From an uncultured virus (IMG/VR IMGVR_UViG_3300032288_004063) (taxonomy: Duplodnaviria > Heunggongvirae > Uroviricota > Caudoviricetes), in the IMG/VR virus record IMGVR_UViG_3300032288_004063: DNA of 64,000 nt; one strand, written 5' to 3'. Below the pieces are notes generated by a model. It did no database searches and had not been told where the DNA came from. It was given only the letters and a program-made list of their open reading frames with translations. The position numbers and the translations under genes were made by a program. Positions 56,382 to 64,000 of the stretch are shown here, piece after piece; the stretch's first letter is position 1, and each line of letters starts with the position of its first letter.

Positions 56382-56617
56382 GCAAAGGAAAAGGTTATTT
56401 TGATGAACATGGATGGTATCACGATCCAAATGTTCCTGGTGTGTCAATTTACGCCTACCTCGCCACTGGTAATAAATGCGAGAGATGTTGGAAAGTTCTA
56501 CGAGAAGTTGGGACGCATTCAAAATACAAGGATCTGTGCATGAGATGCGTCGATGCAGTTGAATGGTTGAACACATTATCAGATGATGAAAAGAGAGAGA
56601 TGGGATATAAAAGATGA
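56378..56617 (+). CDS. free-standing IleRS/FPG-type zinc-finger protein
   Basis: GNKCERCWKVLREVG...DLCMRCVDAV. Confidence 0.75.
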   Translation: MSKGKGYFDEHGWYHDPNVPGVSIYAYLATGNKCERCWKVLREVGTHSKYKDLCMRCVDAVEWLNTLSDDEKREMGYKR

Positions 56618-56952
56618 GCCTTGACATTACCCTTACAGCTCTTCGTCCAACCTCTGTGTGGACAGAGAACATCACTCACAACTTGACCACCATGGCAAAG
56701 GCAGTGAAGGTGAGTAACACAACTCTGTACAAGGTTCTTTGGTATCCAGAAGAACTTGGATTGAAGACAGGAGAAGACATCTTGCCTTATCTGCGAGTGG
56801 GTCTTTCAATCCTAATGACCTTTCCCGAAGAATACAAGCAACACAATCCCTCAAACGGGTGGGGCGACTACTACAACCTTGTAGATTTCGTCAAGTCATA
56901 TATCATTGCGTGTACGGAATTTCCTGATGGTGTGATAGAGATTTCTAAATGA
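56614..56952 (+). CDS. conserved phage hypothetical protein
   Basis: MSLDI, NITHNL..MA, NP.NGWG.Y. Confidence 0.75.
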   Translation: MSLDITLTALRPTSVWTENITHNLTTMAKAVKVSNTTLYKVLWYPEELGLKTGEDILPYLRVGLSILMTFPEEYKQHNPSNGWGDYYNLVDFVKSYIIACTEFPDGVIEISK

Positions 56953-57290
56953 CTAGAGTTAAAAATAGGTATGATTGGTATAGGCCAATGACCTTAGGTG
57001 AGATAGAGCGTCTTGATAAACTACTGCAGTTGGCTTATACTATGACAGACAATAGACTACAAGGAGTGCAGCTTGAGTATTGGGCTCTATATATGCAAAT
57101 GTATCCCCATGTAACTCAGCCAAAAGATCTTGCTTGGTTTGTAGACTTTATCGTTAAGATGTGTACACCAGAATTTATGGAATCGACAGTGAAATGCGTC
57201 AAGATTTGTGCCCATATAATTGTCGACCTGATCATACCACACTGTAACTCTTTAAAAAAGAAAAAGAAAAGTTTTGAAAACAATTCATAA
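56949..57290 (+). CDS. hypothetical protein
   Basis: co-oriented overlapping ORF. Confidence 0.55.
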   Translation: MTRVKNRYDWYRPMTLGEIERLDKLLQLAYTMTDNRLQGVQLEYWALYMQMYPHVTQPKDLAWFVDFIVKMCTPEFMESTVKCVKICAHIIVDLIIPHCNSLKKKKKSFENNS

Positions 57291-57304
57291 AATGGAGACT
57301 TCAT

Positions 57305-57694
57305 GTGACAACCGAGAATGAAAACAAGCCTACGAATGTACTAAAGTTTCCCAAGCACAAGCAGCCAGTGTCTCTTTCGGCAGCTCAGTCAAAGGAAGAG
57401 TTTGTCAAGCAGCTGGGAGAAAACAAGGAACGATACATTGACATGGTTCTCGCTCGCACGATGAATCAACTATATGGTCGTATGGCAGCAGAAGGATTCA
57501 ATACCGAAGACGATGCATTCTTCACCGACTTCTGCTTCGTCGTGGAAGCATTGAAGTCGGCCATGCTTCGTCAGTGTGGTCTGGAACATTCTCTCCAGAA
57601 GTTCGTTGATGAAAACTTTGAAGCCGCACCACAGACGGAAGAAATGGAAGATTATGAAGAGTATATGGGAAAGAATGATGACGAAGACAAGTAA
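57305..57694 (+). CDS. hypothetical protein
   Basis: GGAG RBS; NVLKFP motif; upstream of rnh. Confidence 0.75.
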   Translation: MTTENENKPTNVLKFPKHKQPVSLSAAQSKEEFVKQLGENKERYIDMVLARTMNQLYGRMAAEGFNTEDDAFFTDFCFVVEALKSAMLRQCGLEHSLQKFVDENFEAAPQTEEMEDYEEYMGKNDDEDK

Positions 57695-57736
57695 AAAGTT
57701 CTTGATCTTTCCAACATAATGAAGTAAGATACATTT

Positions 57737-58579
57737 ATGATTCTTATTGATTATAACCAACTTTGCATTGCCAATCTCATGAAGCAGATTGGTAATTCTC
57801 AAAATCTGGAAGAGGGCCTTGTGCGTCACATGGTTCTCAATTCCATTCGTGCAATTTCCAAGAAGTTTCGCAATCATGGCGATATAGTAATCGCCTGTGA
57901 TGGTCCAACTTATTGGCGTCGCGATGTATATCCTCAGTATAAGCAGCATCGCAAGAAGGATCGCGAGAAGTCCGGACACGATTGGACCGCTATCTTCACC
58001 ATTCTGCACAAGATCCGTGAAGAGATCTCCCAGCATATGCCATACAAGGTCATTCGCGTCGAAGGCGCCGAGGCTGACGATATCATTGCCGTGCTGACCA
58101 AGAAGTATGCGCCGCATGAGAATATCATGATCGTGTCTTCGGACAAGGATTTCGTTCAGCTTCATGTCAACAAGAGCGTGAAGCAGTGGTCACCTATTCT
58201 TGGTAAGTTTGTCACTACGGATTCTCCGCAGCGCGACAAGCTGGAGCATATTCTGCGAGGTGATAAGGGTGATGGCATTCCTAATGCGCTATCCGACGAC
58301 GATTCTTTCGTGAAGGGCGAACGTCAGAAGACGCTAAATAGCAAGAAACTGGCTGAGTGGTTAGAACTTTCGTATGATGACCTCGCTCAGCATAGCCAAC
58401 TTGGACATGGATTTACTCGTAACAGAATGCTAATCGACCTCGACAACATTCCGACAAATATCTCGCAGGCCATTACTGATCAATACGAATCCATTGCTCC
58501 GAAGCCTCGTGCTGCCATGATCAATTATTTCATGGCATCCAAACTAACCAATCTAATTTCCTCTATTGATGAGTTTTGA
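57737..58579 (+). CDS. rnh: RNase H / 5'-3' exonuclease (T4 rnh-like)
   Basis: ILIDYNQ, YWRR..YP.YK..R, EADDII, SSDKDF.QL, GDKGDGIPN. Confidence 0.93.
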   Translation: MILIDYNQLCIANLMKQIGNSQNLEEGLVRHMVLNSIRAISKKFRNHGDIVIACDGPTYWRRDVYPQYKQHRKKDREKSGHDWTAIFTILHKIREEISQHMPYKVIRVEGAEADDIIAVLTKKYAPHENIMIVSSDKDFVQLHVNKSVKQWSPILGKFVTTDSPQRDKLEHILRGDKGDGIPNALSDDDSFVKGERQKTLNSKKLAEWLELSYDDLAQHSQLGHGFTRNRMLIDLDNIPTNISQAITDQYESIAPKPRAAMINYFMASKLTNLISSIDEF

Positions 58580-59019
58580 AAATGATATTGACAATTTCCG
58601 AAGTGTTTGAAAAATTTGAAAAGGCGGAAACGGATGCTGATCGCATCAATGTTCTTCGCGCAAACAATACCAGAACCCTACGCAAGGTTCTCGCCTGTGC
58701 ATTCAATCCAAACATTCAGTTTACGACTGAAGGACGCTGGCCGAATTGGAAGCCATCGGATGTACCAACTGGCGTAACATATTCAGATCTACATCGCGAG
58801 TTTGATCGCGTGTATCTGTTTATTGCAAATCATCCAAAGCGTCCTCCGACTCTGGCAGAGAAGCGTTCAAATGAACTGCTTATCCAGATGCTTGAGATCA
58901 TGCCTCAAGGTGATGCCATCGTGCTATTGAACATGATGGGCAAGAACCTGAAGGTCAAGGGACTAACGCAAGAAATTGCTGAAGCTGCATTTCCAAATGT
59001 CTTGAACGAGAGTATTTGA
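58576..59019 (+). CDS. conserved T4-like phage hypothetical protein
   Basis: ISEVF...IQMLE...AFP; typical position after rnh. Confidence 0.75.
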   Translation: MKMILTISEVFEKFEKAETDADRINVLRANNTRTLRKVLACAFNPNIQFTTEGRWPNWKPSDVPTGVTYSDLHREFDRVYLFIANHPKRPPTLAEKRSNELLIQMLEIMPQGDAIVLLNMMGKNLKVKGLTQEIAEAAFPNVLNESI

Positions 59020-59049
59020 TTATGATGAACGCAAGAAGGAGCCTTCCAA

Positions 59050-59445
59050 ATGCGAAATCGTACCAAATCAAAGCTAGCAAAGGAAATGTCTCGCACACAT
59101 GAAAAGTGCAAATATGTTCCCACGGAAGATGAAGTCATTCGTTGGTTCAATATAATCAATCGTGAGATTTTCAAGAATGATCTTCCGCAATTTAGGAAAA
59201 TTGAAATACGTCGCCGCCATGGTTGTTGGGGTGAGTGTATTGGAGACACTAGCAAGACGAAAGGCAGATACTCTGATCTTTCCCTCAACCATTACCAAAA
59301 ATCCAAAAAGCATTTCATTGAAGTCCTGATACACGAAATGGTTCACCACTATCAATGGATACATGAGAATACAATGACACACGGCGAAACATTCTTCTCA
59401 TGGAAACCAAAGCTCGCCAAATACAACGTCACCCTGACAGCATAA
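59050..59445 (+). CDS. SprT-like zinc metalloprotease
   Basis: IN..IF, LIHEMVH.YQ, HG..F. Confidence 0.85.
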   Translation: MRNRTKSKLAKEMSRTHEKCKYVPTEDEVIRWFNIINREIFKNDLPQFRKIEIRRRHGCWGECIGDTSKTKGRYSDLSLNHYQKSKKHFIEVLIHEMVHHYQWIHENTMTHGETFFSWKPKLAKYNVTLTA

Positions 59446-59463
59446 GGAGTAGAATTATCAAAC

Positions 59464-59631
59464 ATGTCTAAGCGTAAGTATAATGAGAATTATGAAGAAG
59501 ATGATGAAATTGACTTTGATGCAGACAAGGCGGTTCGCAAAGCAAAGCGACAGAATTCCAAAAGCCTATTGAAGAAGTGGCAAGATGCTGAAGAAGATGA
59601 TGAATATGACGATGAATTTTACGCCAGATAA
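59464..59631 (+). CDS. small charged protein (55 aa, not in ORF track)
   Basis: AAGGAG upstream; MSKRKYNENYEEDD... Confidence 0.6.
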   Translation: MSKRKYNENYEEDDEIDFDADKAVRKAKRQNSKSLLKKWQDAEEDDEYDDEFYAR

Positions 59632-59632
59632 A

Positions 59633-59902
59633 ATGATAATTCTAAACGAGGTCATTGTTGATCCAAAGACCTCAGAAATGCATACGCGCCGAATGCTTGT
59701 TCGCGCATCCGATGTGATTCAGGCATATGAAAGAAACACAAAACGTAATACATACGTTCATGTCGTGCTAAGAAATGCCACGGGAGCATCAAACATCATT
59801 GAGGTGCAGGAGACTCTGGCTCAGATCATGACGCGAGTCAATATGAATTGGGATTCAGATTCCAATCATCTTGATCCAGAATACAAGGAAATGTATTACT
59901 AA
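59633..59902 (+). CDS. hypothetical protein
   Basis: IEVQETLAQI motif; co-oriented. Confidence 0.6.
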   Translation: MIILNEVIVDPKTSEMHTRRMLVRASDVIQAYERNTKRNTYVHVVLRNATGASNIIEVQETLAQIMTRVNMNWDSDSNHLDPEYKEMYY

Positions 59903-60219
59903 AAGGATTCGTTATCGTCCGACGGGAAGATAGGATCAAGAGGTTCATAATATCCGTAATGATTCTTGTAGCTAGACTCTCTGAGTCTATCAAGATGAAC
60001 TTCGGATAAATTGTTTCGGCGAACTGCTTCTCTGCGCTTTTGTTCCTGTTCGGGAGTAAACTTTTGCATACCACGATTTTTAGCAGCACAAGGCTTGGAA
60101 CAGAATCTCGCCTTGGTACGAGTAGTAAACTCAGCATCACAGTACTGACAAACTTTCGTTGTGCGTGATGTTGCAGGACGACCAACAGGACGATTTGTTT
60201 TGACGTAATATTTTCCCAT
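59899..60219 (-). CDS. zinc-finger protein, possible endonuclease-derived DNA-binding remnant
   Basis: GRP, CQYC...FCSKPC; CATAAATA upstream; antisense. Confidence 0.6.
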   Translation of the reverse strand: MGKYYVKTNRPVGRPATSRTTKVCQYCDAEFTTRTKARFCSKPCAAKNRGMQKFTPEQEQKRREAVRRNNLSEVHLDRLRESSYKNHYGYYEPLDPIFPSDDNESF

Positions 60220-60840
60220 GGAGATATTTATGATAGACGATAGAATGTTTATAGATAGAATTGCACGTTCAATGTATGTCATGAAGCTTGGTCTTGCTGA
60301 TGATGCATGGGACAAGCTGAATGATGAAGCCAAGAGGTTTTGGCGAAGCGAAGTCGAGCAGTTCATTGCGGCTACAAATCATGCGAATATTGCACTCTAC
60401 GATTCGATGGATGTAAGATGAACAAGAAACAAACCGAACATCTGCTTGAAGTTTGTGATTCGATTTTGGATTTGATGGAGAATTTTTCTCCACACAATTT
60501 TGAAGCTTCCAAACACAGCTTCATGTTTACGATGATGTATGACATGATGCTCACTTCGATTGTAGTCATGCAAAATACCCTGTATTTGCATCACGATATG
60601 TTGGAAGAAAATGAAATAAAGAACACGCCGCCAACGTTAGATACACATACTGCAATGGATGACTAATGCATCTACTAGAACTAACCAAGATTGTAGACGA
60701 TACTTTTCAGCGCACGATCAAGTTCAATCCCGATGGGAGTGTAGGTCATAATTTAGATAGGGATGTCTTTCGCGTTATTGCCATAGCCGTCGCAGCAGAT
60801 ATACTAGATAGGCATACGGTCACAAAAAAGGAAGACTAGA

Positions 60841-61023
60841 ATGAAACGTCTATATGTGCTTTCTCTTCTATTTCTTGGTGGATGCTACGTTCATTATCCA
60901 TACTATCACCCACGAAGATACTATCATCCTCCAGTAATGCATTACCGCGCACCGATTTGCCATACACAGTATTACTGGAATCCATATACGCGCAATTACT
61001 ATCCAAGAAGACATTGCTATTGA
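60841..61023 (+). CDS. small Tyr/His/Pro-rich lipoprotein-like protein
   Basis: LGGC lipobox, YYHP repeats. Confidence 0.65.
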   Translation: MKRLYVLSLLFLGGCYVHYPYYHPRRYYHPPVMHYRAPICHTQYYWNPYTRNYYPRRHCY

Positions 61024-61273
61024 CATTTTTTGAATTTTGCGTTATAACTCTTGTTGTAGGATTTGTTTTATCCTTGATACTATTCGTGATCATTGGAGTG
61101 GAAAAAAATGATTGAGAAGCGAAAAGTGGAAATCAGCATGGATGAATTCTATGAGGCAGTTCGCCTGTTCATCCATGATACCAAGAAAATCGTCATGCCA
61201 ATGGAAAGATCCAAAGTCAAGATGGACGCCACAGAACACAAACTGACCTTTGAGTGGGAACTCAAATAAGTAG

Positions 61274-61302
61274 TTGACATATTCAACGAACCAAGATATA
61301 AT
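61274..61302 (+). promoter_or_regulatory. consensus sigma70 (early) promoter
   Basis: TTGACA-17bp-TATAAT. Confidence 0.85.
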
Positions 61303-61332
61303 CTGAATACAAACTCAATAAGGAGAAGTGGA

Positions 61333-61692
61333 ATGAAGACTTTCAAGAACATGGCTGCGCAGGGTGATTTCATCATCATGCGCGTGGACAATCTTCCCAA
61401 GGGACTTGAGAAGATCGATCCAAAGAACAACACCTATACGGTGGCACACTCGGAGACTGGTCATGACCACGTGATGGTCATGGAGCGTCCTGGCACCGTC
61501 GAGGCTTTCAAGGAGAAGGGTGCCAGCGACGTTGATCTCTATGAGATGTTTCTGCTGGTAACGGAGGATACTCCGATTGAGCATAGGCGCGCATGGGACA
61601 CCCATGAGACTCTGCTTGTTCCTCCTGGAAAGTACAAGATCCGTCGTCAGCGTGAGTATGTGCCGGAGGGTTTCCGCAAGGCTGCTGACTGA
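61333..61692 (+). CDS. His-rich beta-fold conserved protein (partner of DUF6745-like gene)
   Basis: AQGD, HSETGHDH, H...TH, PPG.Y.IRRQREY.P. Confidence 0.8.
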   Translation: MKTFKNMAAQGDFIIMRVDNLPKGLEKIDPKNNTYTVAHSETGHDHVMVMERPGTVEAFKEKGASDVDLYEMFLLVTEDTPIEHRRAWDTHETLLVPPGKYKIRRQREYVPEGFRKAAD

Positions 61693-61763
61693 TCCTGAAT
61701 TCCTGAGCGATGTTTGCTTAGAGCGGTTGGAGAATTAGTTCTCGCGAACCGCATTTTTTCTGC

Positions 61764-61792
61764 TTGACAATACCAATCATACATCGTATCAT
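61764..61792 (+). promoter_or_regulatory. sigma70-type promoter
   Basis: TTGACA-17bp-TATCAT. Confidence 0.75.
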
Positions 61793-61821
61793 ACATTCAC
61801 ACTAATCATACAGAGGAAAAC

Positions 61822-62685
61822 ATGACGAAGAAGCTTACCAGTCTTACCAAGAACCAGACCGAGGCGATGCCGAAGTATGTCACTAAGTGGGTTGACATTG
61901 GCCTTTCCACGGAGCCTGTGGATTTCGAGAAGGCCAAGGGTCTCGTAGCAAAGGCATATACTGCCGTTGGTCTTCCTGAGCCAAAGAAGTATCATTTCGC
62001 GAAGGGTCCAGATGAGGGCTTTAAGATCTTCAAGAAGCGTTCTGGCAACAAGAGCCGTTCGGACTATACGGCTGGTTGCATGTTCGGTTCGATGGAAGCT
62101 TCTTGGCTTTCCTATTACGATTACTATCGTAACGAGACCAATATCGAACTGACTGACATCAGCTATATGCAGGAGCTGGCTCGGAACTGTGGCTGGGTTT
62201 ACTGTGGCGAGACCGAGGCGATTATTCATGATCGTCCCGAGGTCATCAAGTTTGATGACCGTCGTCTGTCTCATTGCGAGACTGGTCCGGCAATTCGGTA
62301 TCGCGATGGCTTTGAGATCTATTCGTGGCATGGTCTGACCATTCCTGACGAGTGGATCAAGGACCGCAAGAGCCTGACCGCGAAGGTTGCTCTTGGTCAG
62401 ACCAACGCGGAGCTGCGTCGTGCTGCGTGTGAGATCCTGGGTTGGGCTAATGTCATCGATCAGCTTGATTCGACGGTGATTGATGAGGATGCTGATGAGA
62501 TGATCGGCACTCTGCTGGAAGTCAATATTCCAGACATTGGCAAGGAGAAGTTTCTTTTCGTGAAGTGTGGCACGGGACGTAACTTTGCGCTTCCTGTTCC
62601 GCCAGACATGAAGACTGCTCTTGAGGCTAACGCCTGGACGTATGGTCTGAAGCCCGCTGAGTATGTTCCAGAGGTTCGTACCTGA
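61822..62685 (+). CDS. DUF6745-like protein
   Basis: A.WL.YYDY, DRP..I..D..RL.H.ETGPAIRYRDG..IY.WHG, NAELRR..EI.G, VPP.M..A.EA.AWTYG. Confidence 0.8.
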   Translation: MTKKLTSLTKNQTEAMPKYVTKWVDIGLSTEPVDFEKAKGLVAKAYTAVGLPEPKKYHFAKGPDEGFKIFKKRSGNKSRSDYTAGCMFGSMEASWLSYYDYYRNETNIELTDISYMQELARNCGWVYCGETEAIIHDRPEVIKFDDRRLSHCETGPAIRYRDGFEIYSWHGLTIPDEWIKDRKSLTAKVALGQTNAELRRAACEILGWANVIDQLDSTVIDEDADEMIGTLLEVNIPDIGKEKFLFVKCGTGRNFALPVPPDMKTALEANAWTYGLKPAEYVPEVRT

Positions 62686-62697
62686 GTGAGGGTGAGG

Positions 62698-62728
62698 GAA
62701 ACAGCGGCGAAAGCCGCTGTTTTCTTTT
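62698..62728 (+). terminator. intrinsic terminator-like hairpin
   Basis: GAAACAGCGGC-GAAA-GCCGCTGTTTT + CTTTT. Confidence 0.75.
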
Positions 62729-62733
62729 GTGTC

Positions 62734-62904
62734 ATGAAGTCAGTCATAGATCAAGTCTTCGATCAAGTCAGAGATCAAGTCTTCGATCAAGTCAGAGATC
62801 AAGTCGAGAGTCAAGCCTGGTATCAAGTCGGGGATCAAGTCTTGAGTCAAGTCTTGCATCAAGTCTGGGATCAAGTCTTCTCCAAAGCGAGAACTGAATC
62901 ATGA
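62734..62904 (+). CDS. QV-repeat mini-protein 1
   Basis: MKSVIDQVFDQVRDQV...KARTES. Confidence 0.65.
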   Translation: MKSVIDQVFDQVRDQVFDQVRDQVESQAWYQVGDQVLSQVLHQVWDQVFSKARTES

Positions 62905-63071
62905 AATCAGTCAAAGATCAAATCTGTAGCCAACTCGATGACCAAGTCTCAAATCAAGTCTTGCGTCAAGTCTTGTTTCAAGTCTACATACAAGTCTTTG
63001 ATCAAGTCAGGTTTCAAGTCTGGATTCAAGTTGGACGTAAAGTCTTGTCCAAAGCGAGAACTGAATCATGA
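62901..63071 (+). CDS. QV-repeat mini-protein 2 (56 aa, not in ORF track)
   Basis: MKSVKDQICSQLDDQVSNQV...KARTES; ATGA overlap. Confidence 0.7.
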   Translation: MKSVKDQICSQLDDQVSNQVLRQVLFQVYIQVFDQVRFQVWIQVGRKVLSKARTES

Positions 63072-63262
63072 AATCAGTCGAACATCAAGTAAAGAAACAA
63101 GTCTATTATCAAGTCGATGATCAAGTCAGGCGTCAAGTCGGGCGTCAAATCTGGAATCAAGTCTATCGTCAAGTCGGAGATCAAGTCTATCATCAATTCG
63201 GAGAACAAGTCGTGCGTAAAGTCTGGCATCAAGTCTGGCATAAAAAGAGATCCAAATCATGA
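63068..63262 (+). CDS. QV-repeat mini-protein 3
   Basis: MKSVEHQV...; ATGA overlap. Confidence 0.7.
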   Translation: MKSVEHQVKKQVYYQVDDQVRRQVGRQIWNQVYRQVGDQVYHQFGEQVVRKVWHQVWHKKRSKS

Positions 63263-63453
63263 AATCAGTCAGAGATCAAGTCAGAGATCAAGTCGAGAGT
63301 CAAGTCTTCGAACAAGTCGGGGATCAAGTTAGAGATCAAGTCGAGAGTCAAGTCTGGTATCAAGTCGGGGATCAAGTCGGGGATCAAGTCTTGAGTCAAG
63401 TCTGGAATAGAATTGAGCGTAGAGTCTGGGACAAAGCGAGATTCAAACAATGA
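63259..63453 (+). CDS. QV-repeat mini-protein 4
   Basis: MKSVRDQV...; ATGA overlap. Confidence 0.7.
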   Translation: MKSVRDQVRDQVESQVFEQVGDQVRDQVESQVWYQVGDQVGDQVLSQVWNRIERRVWDKARFKQ

Positions 63454-63632
63454 ATTCAGTCATAGATCAAATCAAAGATCAAGTTGCGGATCATGTCTAT
63501 GATCAAGTCTTGAATCAAGTCACTGGTCAAGTCTATTACCAAGTCCAAAATCAAGTCTGGTATCAAATCGAGGTTCAAGTCGGCAGTCAAGTCAGATATC
63601 AAATTTCGGATAAAACGAGTGCTGAAGCATGA
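63450..63632 (+). CDS. QV-repeat mini-protein 5
   Basis: MNSVIDQI...; ATGA overlap. Confidence 0.7.
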   Translation: MNSVIDQIKDQVADHVYDQVLNQVTGQVYYQVQNQVWYQIEVQVGSQVRYQISDKTSAEA

Positions 63633-63811
63633 AATCAGTCATAAAACAAGTCAGAGGAAAAGTCTGGAATCAAGTCTTTGATCAAGTCGAGCGTCAAGTC
63701 ACGGATGAAGTCGAGGATCAAGTCTGCGATCAAGTCAGAAATCAAATCACGGATCAAGTCGGGGATCAAGTCTGGCTTGAAGTCTTGCATAAAGCGAGAA
63801 CCCATCCATGA
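63629..63811 (+). CDS. QV-repeat mini-protein 6
   Basis: MKSVIKQV...; ATGA overlap. Confidence 0.7.
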   Translation: MKSVIKQVRGKVWNQVFDQVERQVTDEVEDQVCDQVRNQITDQVGDQVWLEVLHKARTHP

Positions 63812-64000
63812 AATCGGTCAAAGATCAAGTCTGGATTCGAGTCGCGGAACAAGTCTCATGTCAAGTCTTGCATCAAGTCTTGCATCAAGTCTATTATCAA
63901 GTCTGGAATCAAGTCCAAAATAAAATCTGGCATCAAGTCGAGAATCAAGTCTTGGATCAAGTCTGGTCTAAAGTCTGGATTCAATCCTCGGAAGAAACGA
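63808..64000 (+). CDS. QV-repeat mini-protein 7 (truncated by window end)
   Basis: MKSVKDQVWIRV...; ATGA overlap. Confidence 0.7.
   Translation, partial: MKSVKDQVWIRVAEQVSCQVLHQVLHQVYYQVWNQVQNKIWHQVENQVLDQVWSKVWIQSSEET

Noticed and set aside
53521..58165. Long reverse-strand ORFs (53521-54225, 57470-58165)
   Set aside because: Antisense shadows of well-supported + strand genes
62938..63923. Alternative-frame IKS/KSG and reverse-strand PDL repeat ORFs
   Set aside because: Shadows of the QV repeat; they lack the consistent MKSV starts and ATGA coupling
62734..64000. CRISPR, DGR or non-coding satellite
   Set aside because: 12-nt periodicity is in frame with coupled ORFs; no reverse transcriptase or adenine-specific template/variable pair is visible here
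1..64000. Stop-codon reassignment
   Set aside because: Core genes are full length in the standard code and all three stops are used at gene ends

Overview
64 kb segment of a large T4-like (myovirus-type) dsDNA phage genome, standard genetic code. Evidence: gp61-type primase, RNase H, ThyX, class II RNR, GH19 endolysin/spanin/holin cassette, T4-type late promoters (nATAAATA) and sigma70-type early promoters. An alphaproteobacterial host is a tentative inference. Layout: 1-23 kb late/virion genes, including many proteins with a T4 internal-protein-like N-terminal leader and a csgF-csgG-curlin-FecR-CHASE2 adenylate cyclase operon; 23-30 kb replication genes, a leader-plus-cargo cassette family and homing endonucleases; 35.6-42.3 kb a tRNA cluster (34 tRNA genes in the window, all 20 amino acids) interleaved with unexplained structured RNAs and preceded by a leader-peptide attenuator-like element; 42-53 kb glycan-modification and host-like envelope/redox genes; 53-64 kb early genes ending in a tandem array of at least 7 translationally coupled xxQV-repeat mini-proteins. 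The strongest candidates for undescribed systems are (i) long-stem-enclosed ncRNA cassettes plus the attenuator at the head of the tRNA array, (ii) a covarying RNA leader shared by two unrelated homing endonucleases, (iii) the QV-repeat array behind a DUF6745-like gene, and (iv) capsid-targeted polyprotein/cassette cargo. Family names are recalled from motifs, not from database searches.
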